Below, piece by piece: positions 41,457-48,724 of a DNA stretch of 64,000 bases; the first letter of the stretch is position 1; every line of letters starts with the position of its first letter. Source of the DNA: Candidatus Poribacteria bacterium (GTDB lineage Bacteria > Poribacteria > WGA-4E > WGA-3G); the NCBI GenBank assembly GCA_965242965.1, contig OZ251518.1, positions 4,704,001-4,768,000 of the forward strand. The letters are read 5' to 3'. The notes under the pieces were generated by a model, which saw only the letters and a list, made by a program, of their open reading frames with translations, searched no databases and was not told where the DNA came from. The position numbers were made by a program, and so were the translations under genes.

Positions 41457-42245
41457 CTATTCTGTGAAATTCAAATCAAAGAAACGAGGCTCTTGGCCAT
41501 GAGTTCCGGGTACCAACGTGTGAGCATGACGCGCAATCTGCTCAAAAGCCTCGTAGGTAATTTCAAACTCACTGTGCACTGCAAAGTATGCCTCATCTAA
41601 CTCGTACAATCTTGGCTTTTCGCCTCTCACGGCGAGAGAGTCAAAAATGTAACCGTAAAGCGAGAAATCGTCTTCTCTTTGAAGTTCCTCGATATAGAGG
41701 GTGAACCGATTCACCCCTTCCGCGCATTCTCTCGCTAGCCTCTCAAGGCGATCAAAACACGCAAGAATAACTTGAGCCGGGGCCAGGTTGTCCTCGCAGA
41801 TGGCACGGAATGCTTCAAAAGCGAATGCCATATAGTCCCTGCTAACATGCTGGTCTATAAGATCTCGGTGAAGATCTCTATCGGTAGCAGCATCAACGAA
41901 AGCTCGGCTATAATCTGCTCGCAACTTGCCATCTAGCCATTGGCGAGTGTCGCGAAAGTCGTTTGCCACATTTACCCACGCCACGTTGGCCTCTGTTGAA
42001 TGAGCCAAGGTTTGGACGAAATGGGGATGTTGACTTTCTCGGTTGCGGAGACTTGCAGCGTAAGCGGTTTTAAGGGATACGCTAGCGTTTAGAGTCACGA
42101 GCTTGGTTTCAACGATCGATTTGCCAAGTTTGGCCAAACGAAACTCTGCCTCCGGATCGTATTTGACTTGAGCACCGGTCAAATTAATCACATTCACGAT
42201 GTAACCGGGAATAGATGTTAAAACGGCGGTGCAAAGAGTTATCAT
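41457..42245 (-). CDS. Orphan 262-aa protein, probably helical
   Basis: TAGGAG RBS before the ATG; no recognisable motif; three sampled 60-nt lines are 45-47% GC, against 63% in one sampled pckG line. Confidence 0.8.
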   Translation of the reverse strand: MITLCTAVLTSIPGYIVNVINLTGAQVKYDPEAEFRLAKLGKSIVETKLVTLNASVSLKTAYAASLRNRESQHPHFVQTLAHSTEANVAWVNVANDFRDTRQWLDGKLRADYSRAFVDAATDRDLHRDLIDQHVSRDYMAFAFEAFRAICEDNLAPAQVILACFDRLERLARECAEGVNRFTLYIEELQREDDFSLYGYIFDSLAVRGEKPRLYELDEAYFAVHSEFEITYEAFEQIARHAHTLVPGTHGQEPRFFDLNFTE

Positions 42246-42254
42246 GGATCTTTA

Positions 42255-42857
42255 TCTCCTAACTGATTTTTCTGCGTAACATTCCATCAGAAGCGTTACC
42301 CAGAATCAGGTTAAAAACACCTGCCACCATCAGGTTGCTATCCCGTTACCCCCATCCCCTCGGTTCGCCCACACCATCAAAAATGCGCGAAGATAGTAAC
42401 CTGCACCGCCAAAAACGGCGCGCGGAAACTTATCACGCAGGCAAGAGTGGACAAATAGGGAAAATAAAACGGAAACGGTTGCAACCGAAGTGGCAGGGAA
42501 AACATGCACCGGGACCAAATTCCCGATGCAACGAAAATAACCCGCCACGCAAAGAATGCGTGCGGGATCGAAGACAACAAGACGACGAAAGTCGCCGCTG
42601 TCAAGTGAATAAACTTTGCTTAACGCCTGTGGGTGTCGGGGGGGGTCGAGCCTCCCCTCTGGGCATTAAGGTGAACGGGAACTCGTCGTGACGGCGCGAC
42701 AACGGGCATAGACGCACGGCAAGCGTGCATCTCTCGGTGCCCAAGCAGGTCTACGGTGACCTCGGTAGCAATGGAAAAAACAATTCGCTGGTTCACGGTA
42801 TCGTTCCTCTGTTCGGTTTCGCGGTGGCGCGTTTTTTTCGCGCGTATCACCACGTTT
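42255..42857 (-). ncRNA. ~600-nt hairpin-dense non-coding leader / candidate large ncRNA
   Basis: More than 10 helices, e.g. 42263-42309, 42331-42342/42392-42403, 42505-42530, 42541-42566, 42583-42594, 42638-42656, 42704-42742; directly downstream of a triple promoter. Confidence 0.6.
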
Positions 42858-42863
42858 GCATTA

Positions 42864-43037
42864 ATGATACATGAAAATGCAATAAATGTCAAACATTTTT
42901 CGCGAAAAATCGTGGAAATGTTCACAATTAACCACATTCTATAGGAATTTCGGTTTTTTGTCAACGTTTTTCTACGAAAAATCGCCAAAAATGTTTAAAA
43001 CTGAGTCTATTTTAGCAAATGTCGCGTTTTTTGTCAA
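42864..43037 (-). promoter_or_regulatory. Three tandem near-consensus sigma-70 promoters
   Basis: TTGACA-17-TAAAAT (43037-43009, extended -10), TTGACA-17-TAGAAT (42964-42936), TTGACA-17-TATCAT (42892-42864). Confidence 0.85.
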
Positions 43038-43091
43038 GGTTATTTCGCGAAAAAAACGCTGTTATTTCGCGAAAAAAACGCTGCTGCTACC

Positions 43092-43563
43092 GTAGCGCGG
43101 GGGCCTGTCCCCCGCGATCTACCGACCTAAACGAAAACCGTCCGCAGCCCAGAGACTACGAACGGTTTCTGTGACAATCTAGGCACGGCGAGGGACAGGC
43201 CCTCGCCCTACGGTGCTCGGCGCGGTTTTCTACGTTTCACCGTAGCGCGGGGGCCTGTCCCCCGCGATCTACCGACCTAAACGAAAACCGTCCGCAGCCC
43301 AGAGGCCACGAACGGTTTCTGTGACGAACGAGGCACGGCGAGGGACAGGCCCTCGCCCTACGGGTCGGCGGCACGGTTTGGATAGCCAGAAAATAAAACG
43401 CACATTAAGGTCTTACAGACCTAAAGAGACGTTTCCGCGCAATAAAAACCTCTAATCCTGCTAATCTTGAAAATCTTGGAAATCCTGCTCATATTCGGCG
43501 AGGGACAGGCCCTCGCCCTACGGGAACCCCTGAACGCATCGAGACCAGGAGGTCTCTCCTACG
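43092..43563. repeat. Two tandem 120-bp REP doublets plus further REPs
   Basis: 43092-43211 and 43242-43361, near-identical to each other and to the doublet starting at 35820. Confidence 0.9.
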
Positions 43564-43577
43564 GGGGAAGGAGGATA

Positions 43578-45020
43578 TCAAAATTCTCTCTTAATCCCAA
43601 ACATCACTGACGTTTTATGAATCGGTTCAAATCCCGTTTCAACGCGACGGAAGCGGTATTCTCGGAGGATAATCGTCTCTAGCGGCGGATAAATCGCATA
43701 GCGGAGCTCTACGCTGAACGCTGACTTTTCATCCAAGTCAAACAGATCTCCGAAGAAGTTGGTATCTCCACCTTCGCCGATGTCTCGCTTGGTATAGAAC
43801 GCCCGCGCAGATAACCGCGGGACTACCCCCGATTCCGTGATACCGATATAGAGTTTCGGCTCGCCATCGGTGTAATCCTCAAACGTGCCTAAAAAATAGA
43901 ATTGCGGCAACGGCTGCCAGATCAGTTGCGAAAAATAGCCGCGTCGCGCAGCGGTGTCCGTATCCGCGCCTAAAAACTGCGGCACATTTGTCCTCGGCAA
44001 ACCTATCTTCGCCGATTCATAAGTATAATCAAACACGGAAGGAATGTATCCATCGCTGAAGAGGCGGTATTCAAGTTTGAAAACGGCTTGCGTCCACGCA
44101 AACCCTACGCCGACAGCATTTCCCCACGTGAGTCTCGTTCCTCCGGTAGGAGAGACCTCCTGGTCTCGATTCCCCCCAGTAGGAGAGACCTCCTGGTCTC
44201 GATTAAGAGAAACCCCCCGGTCTCGATTAGGCGCATCCTCCCGATCTCGATTTTCGCCTGTATTCAAAAAAACGACATCGTCATACACATTCAACCGAAA
44301 CGTGCCGGTCTCGAAAATCGGAAACCCGACATCAGCCCCCAGCGCGATGAGTGGTTCCTCGCCAATTTCCTGCACATTCGCATCGATGTCGGTAAGATAG
44401 GTAGCACCTACTTCAAATCGGGTGAAGAGACTGTTATTTTCGGCGCGTTGAAAGGGCCGGAAAAACGCGCGTCCGCCAAAGATTGTCGGCGCGCCAATAT
44501 CGTTGAGCATCGTCTCAACGCCGTATCGGTTGTCGGAACTTCTGAGGTTTAGCTGCACGCCGCGCCTATCGTAGTTGGAATAGCCGGACATGATCGAACC
44601 GTGCCCAATGGTCAGATAGTCCAATTCCCCGAAACGGAAATGGAACGGCTCATTCGGTTGTCCATAACGGATATAGCGGATGAGCCGCAGCCACGTGCTA
44701 GGATTATTCCAATCTTCGGCATCTTCGGCGAGGAATCGGGGTTCATCGGTTTCAGCGAACGGATTGTAAAGCACCACCAAGTCCAATCCGAGTCCGAGTG
44801 CGCCGATGGGGATATCGGGTTGCAGCTGAATCTGAAGGAACGGATTGCTGTCAATAAAGGTTAGGCCGCCCCCATCTAAACCGCCTTTTGCGAAGGGACG
44901 TGTTTCTACCGCGCCCGTTAGCAATTCCTCTTCCTCCATCGGCGCATCTTGTGCGTAAATGTGAGCGGCGAGCGCGAAAATCAGAACGCCAATCGCAACC
45001 CATTTCTTCGTTTTCCTCAT
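43578..45020 (-). CDS. Secreted, probable outer-membrane beta-barrel protein with an in-frame REP insertion
   Basis: Signal peptide; IRYIRYG...RFGELDYLTIGHGSIMSGYSN; amphipathic strands; C-terminal Phe. Confidence 0.7.
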   Translation of the reverse strand: MRKTKKWVAIGVLIFALAAHIYAQDAPMEEEELLTGAVETRPFAKGGLDGGGLTFIDSNPFLQIQLQPDIPIGALGLGLDLVVLYNPFAETDEPRFLAEDAEDWNNPSTWLRLIRYIRYGQPNEPFHFRFGELDYLTIGHGSIMSGYSNYDRRGVQLNLRSSDNRYGVETMLNDIGAPTIFGGRAFFRPFQRAENNSLFTRFEVGATYLTDIDANVQEIGEEPLIALGADVGFPIFETGTFRLNVYDDVVFLNTGENRDREDAPNRDRGVSLNRDQEVSPTGGNRDQEVSPTGGTRLTWGNAVGVGFAWTQAVFKLEYRLFSDGYIPSVFDYTYESAKIGLPRTNVPQFLGADTDTAARRGYFSQLIWQPLPQFYFLGTFEDYTDGEPKLYIGITESGVVPRLSARAFYTKRDIGEGGDTNFFGDLFDLDEKSAFSVELRYAIYPPLETIILREYRFRRVETGFEPIHKTSVMFGIKREF

Positions 45021-45772
45021 GCGACAATCCTTCCGTCTTTCATGTGGATAACCCGGTCTGCGTTCGCCTTCAACCCTTCGTGGTGTGTCACGATGGCGAT
45101 GGTAGTCTGGTGTTCTTGGCGCAGTTCTTGGATGAGATTCATCAGGTTATCGCTTTGGCGGCTGTCAAGGTTCGCGGTGGGTTCATCGGCGAAGATGATT
45201 TTCGGACGGTTGGCGAGGGCGCGCGCAAAAGAGACGCGCTGTTTCTCGCCGCCAGACAACTGCGCAGGCCGGTGATGGAAGCGTTCTGCTAACCCGACTT
45301 GCGTTAACAATTCTTGTGCGCGGTTCGCGGCTTCCTCGGTGTTTGTTCGCGCAATGTCCATCGCAACCATCACGTTTTCTAGTGCGGTGAGGTAGGGCAA
45401 AAGATGGAACAGTTGGAAGACAAACCCGATTTTCTCGCGGCGGATTTGGCTCATGTCGTGTCGGGAGGGGAATCGAGACCGGGAGGTCTCTCCTACGGGG
45501 CCGGAGGGATCCCCTGCCGAGGGGAGTCGAGACCGGGAGGTCTCTCCTACCGAGGAGATGGTTTCACCATCAATGCGGAGTTCGCCTTCATCAGGCGTTA
45601 AGATACAGCCGAGGAGGCTAATCAGCGTCGTCTTGCCGCAGCCGCTGTCGCCCATAATCATCACCAATTCGCTTGCTTGAATAGTGATGTCCACCGAATC
45701 AATCGCAACGACGGTGGCATCACCGGTGCCGAAGCGTTTGGTTAAGTTTGTGCCTTCTACGATTGCCGCCAT
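45017..45772 (-). CDS. ABC transporter ATP-binding protein (LolD-like) with an in-frame REP insertion
   Basis: GDSGCGKTT, LSGGEKQR, FADEPTANLD; GAGG RBS before ATG 45772. Confidence 0.9.
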   Translation of the reverse strand: MAAIVEGTNLTKRFGTGDATVVAIDSVDITIQASELVMIMGDSGCGKTTLISLLGCILTPDEGELRIDGETISSVGETSRSRLPSAGDPSGPVGETSRSRFPSRHDMSQIRREKIGFVFQLFHLLPYLTALENVMVAMDIARTNTEEAANRAQELLTQVGLAERFHHRPAQLSGGEKQRVSFARALANRPKIIFADEPTANLDSRQSDNLMNLIQELRQEHQTTIAIVTHHEGLKANADRVIHMKDGRIVA

Positions 45773-45785
45773 TATGTTTTCCTCA

Positions 45786-46937
45786 CTAGAGCTCACCCCT
45801 GAACGCTATCATCGGATCGACGGTGATTGCCTTCCGTGCCGCTAAATAGCCGCTCAGGCAGCACACAATCAGACTAATCCCTGCCACGATGAGCGATTCC
45901 ACAAAGTGAATTGCGACGAAAATCGGGGCTGCCGCCGCGAAAAGATATGCCAGAACCAGGCCGCACAAAACGCCGCTCACCGAGATCAGCGCGACCTGCT
46001 TCAGGAGCAGGGACATCACGTATCCGTTTGACGCGCCGATCGCTTTCAGCACGCCGATCTCCTGCGTCTTCTCAAGCATCGTGACGTAGGTAATCATGCC
46101 GACGAGAAGTCCCGCCGCCAGCCAAAGCATGACGCGCAGGAATTGCACCGCTTTCATCGGTTCATTGACATAATACTCGATGATGTCTCCGAGTGTCTGT
46201 TTCAAAGTGCGCGCCTCAATGGTCTCAAGCGAATCCAAATCGGAGGCGAGTTGCGATGCGGGTTGATTTTCGGTTGTTTTAGCAATCATCATGTTGACAT
46301 GCGGCGAATTGCCGAGCAACACTTTCTGCGCGATGCGGACATCCGTGAAGAGCAGCGGCGTATCCAAAACGAACATCAGACTTTTCGCCTTGCCGACTAC
46401 CCGCAGTTTCTCGTTGCCGATGGAAATCTGTTCGCCGATTTCCAGTCCCATCTTTTCGTCAACAACCACCTCAAACGGTGCCTGGTCTTCGGGACGATAG
46501 TCGTCGAACTGGCTCGGCGTGAACAGTCTCCCCTCAATCACCCGCTTCGGGCCGCCGAGTTTTCCCAATTTATAGCCGACGATGATTGCTTTCGTCGATT
46601 TCCCTCGGACCGTTGGGCGCGCCTGCGCGAAAACCAGCGGCGAAGCAGAATCCGGCACTAAGCCAGGTGACGAATTTAACCACGCCATGTATTCCTCAAT
46701 GACGAGGGAGAACCCGATGAAGGCACCGCCAGAACCTTCGGCGGAAATCCAGACGTTAGCACCGGTGGATTCCACGTATTGCCGCGCTTGGATACGCATG
46801 CCGTTCATGATGCCGCCCAATAATAGAATGAGCGACATCAGCACGGTGATGCCGAGTGCTGTCAGCACGACGCGTGCCCGGCGGTATCGCATGTCTTTAA
46901 GGAATAAGGTTTTCATTTTTTCTACCAGGTCTGTCAT
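45786..46937 (-). CDS. ABC transporter permease (FtsX/MacB family)
   Basis: RVVLTALGI, EKTQEIGVLKAIGA, VDPMIAFR. Confidence 0.9.
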   Translation of the reverse strand: MTDLVEKMKTLFLKDMRYRRARVVLTALGITVLMSLILLLGGIMNGMRIQARQYVESTGANVWISAEGSGGAFIGFSLVIEEYMAWLNSSPGLVPDSASPLVFAQARPTVRGKSTKAIIVGYKLGKLGGPKRVIEGRLFTPSQFDDYRPEDQAPFEVVVDEKMGLEIGEQISIGNEKLRVVGKAKSLMFVLDTPLLFTDVRIAQKVLLGNSPHVNMMIAKTTENQPASQLASDLDSLETIEARTLKQTLGDIIEYYVNEPMKAVQFLRVMLWLAAGLLVGMITYVTMLEKTQEIGVLKAIGASNGYVMSLLLKQVALISVSGVLCGLVLAYLFAAAAPIFVAIHFVESLIVAGISLIVCCLSGYLAARKAITVDPMIAFRGEL

Positions 46938-46978
46938 CGCCGTTGGCGATGCCTACGTTCTTGTGATTTCTTCAACTG

Positions 46979-47215
46979 CTACTGGGCGCATTTCCGATCT
47001 TCATGGATTAAAGTATCCACAAACGCTTCGCGCTCATCCTCGGTCATCGCGTCCCAATCCAACTCCCGCGACGCGCAGAGTCGGCGAAGTTGTAATTCGG
47101 CATAGTCCATCAGAGCCGTGCGTTTAGGAAGTTCGGGCCCCGCATGCGCAATCGGGCGCGCGGGCTCCTTCCTCAACGGCATCTGTTCAACCTTCCATTT
47201 TGTTGTTAAATCCAT
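46979..47215 (-). CDS. Small hypothetical protein or gene remnant
   Basis: C-terminal LDWDAMTEDEREAFVDTLIHED looks protein-like; start uncertain. Confidence 0.35.
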   Translation of the reverse strand: MDLTTKWKVEQMPLRKEPARPIAHAGPELPKRTALMDYAELQLRRLCASRELDWDAMTEDEREAFVDTLIHEDRKCAQ

Positions 47216-47244
47216 GACGTTTAAGTCAGGGTATTTCATAAATC

Positions 47245-47745
47245 CGTGTAGGAGAAACCTCCCGGTCTCGATGCAATAGGGCGGCGCGCCTACCGGGGCC
47301 GCGCAGGCAGAAAGTCTCCCTTCATCGTAGGGCGAGGGCCTGTCCCTCGCCATGCGTTTTGCTGCCAGACCGCCTTACCCCTGTAGGTCAGGATCGCCTG
47401 ATCCTGACCCGTTTGTGATCAGGCGAGCACAAACTACAGATGGGGAAACACACATCGTGACGATGGGGCTCGCGGGGGACAGGCCCCCGCGCTACGATAA
47501 AGAATGCCCCCCTCACCGTAGGGCGAGGGCCCTCGGATGCCACACGCGCAGGCGAGCGGGTTTCCCTCGCTATCGCTCGCGCAATCCAACGCTCGCGGGG
47601 GACAGGCCCCCGCGCTACGGGAACATCGAGACCCGAGGTCTCTCCTACCGAGAAGACATCAAGACCGGAGGGCTCTCCTACCGAGAAGACATCAAGACCG
47701 GAGGGCTCTCCTACCGAACGCATCGAAATATGAAACACCCTCAGT
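47245..47745. repeat. Composite REP cassette, paralogous (inverted) to 63345-63795
   Basis: Shared unique linkers GATGCAATAGGGCGGCGCGCCTACCGGGGCCGCG and CCGAACGCATCGAAATATGAAACA. Confidence 0.85.
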
Positions 47746-47787
47746 TAAATCCACGACGTTAAAACCTCTAATAAGTGGCGTTCATTG

Positions 47788-48678
47788 TTAGGACGCGGCA
47801 AGCCGCTCATGCATCGTCTGACGTTTCCGACGGTGCAATTGGACATGCGATTGATATGTTCCCACATCCTCCTCCGTTCCCGTTTCACGTTCTAAAAAGA
47901 GCGGGAAATCGGACGCGGGCGGCTTCGCGTTGTGATACGCATGGCTATAACTTCGCATAATAATGCGCTGCTCTCGGTTCAACGTCTCCAGCCATTCTGG
48001 CGACGAATGAAACCGGTCAGCCGGCGTAACCCACGATGGACAATACGCGATGAAAATGTTATAGCGCACCACATCGCTTTCGTTCGGTTCAACGCGATGC
48101 CAGATGCTTGAATGCATCACCGTCATCGTGCCTTTGCGCGGACAGACGATTTTCTCGCCGGGAATGCTCTTGTGCGTATCGTAGCCGTCCATATATTGAT
48201 GACGATGGCTACCCGGTAGCACGACCAAATTGCCCATCTTCTCACGCGGCAAATCGGTGAGCCAATACCCGATTTTGATTTGCAACGGCAACTTTGGTGA
48301 AAACACGCCGTAGGGGAGAGCCCGCGCGCCATCGGGATGCCATTGGTTATACTGCTTGCCGCCGGGTGGACGCAGGAAAAACTGGCTCTGATGGAGTTTC
48401 AGCAGTTCGCCGAACAAATCGTAGGCGAAACCGACGTGCCGCCGATGATCGATCAAGTCAGCGAAAACCGCATCGCGTTCAACAATGTTCTCCAGCCCCA
48501 GATACCCGCCTTTGGTATACTTTGGATGCTTCGCCGCCACCCGGTCGATCGCGTCAATATAGGCATCGCTCTCGTCTTCGGAAAGCGCGTCCTCAATGAA
48601 GATGATGCCGTCTTCGTTAAACGTTTGCCACTGCGCGGGGGTGAACCCTGGCGGTGCATCGCGATAATTGTTTTCCAT
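47788..48678 (-). CDS. PhyH-family Fe(II)/2OG dioxygenase
   Basis: WHPD, GNLVVLPGSH, WHRVEPN; GAGG RBS. Confidence 0.9.
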   Translation of the reverse strand: MENNYRDAPPGFTPAQWQTFNEDGIIFIEDALSEDESDAYIDAIDRVAAKHPKYTKGGYLGLENIVERDAVFADLIDHRRHVGFAYDLFGELLKLHQSQFFLRPPGGKQYNQWHPDGARALPYGVFSPKLPLQIKIGYWLTDLPREKMGNLVVLPGSHRHQYMDGYDTHKSIPGEKIVCPRKGTMTVMHSSIWHRVEPNESDVVRYNIFIAYCPSWVTPADRFHSSPEWLETLNREQRIIMRSYSHAYHNAKPPASDFPLFLERETGTEEDVGTYQSHVQLHRRKRQTMHERLAAS

Positions 48679-48724
48679 GGTTGGATCCTCTTAAGCATCG
48701 CACAGGCGATTGCTTCTATAACCC

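Noticed and set aside
41650-41690. RT-like motif REDDF in the orphan ORF; hammerhead core nearby
   Set aside because: Not YxDD and no other RT motifs; only CTGATGG, not CTGANGA, was seen in the flanks
42454-42550. Cobalamin riboswitch (AGGGAA...CCCGCCAC)
   Set aside because: No B12 box on the same strand and no downstream + strand gene
42628-42660. tRNA/tmRNA 3' end on the - strand (GGAGGCTCGACCCCCCC...ACCCACA)
   Set aside because: No TTCGA loop, no CCA end, and no matching acceptor 5' strand or anticodon arm
42330-42988. Short ORFs in the leader (e.g. hydrophobic 42377-42604)
   Set aside because: No RBS seen and weak starts; composition is explained by U-rich loops. Not fully excluded
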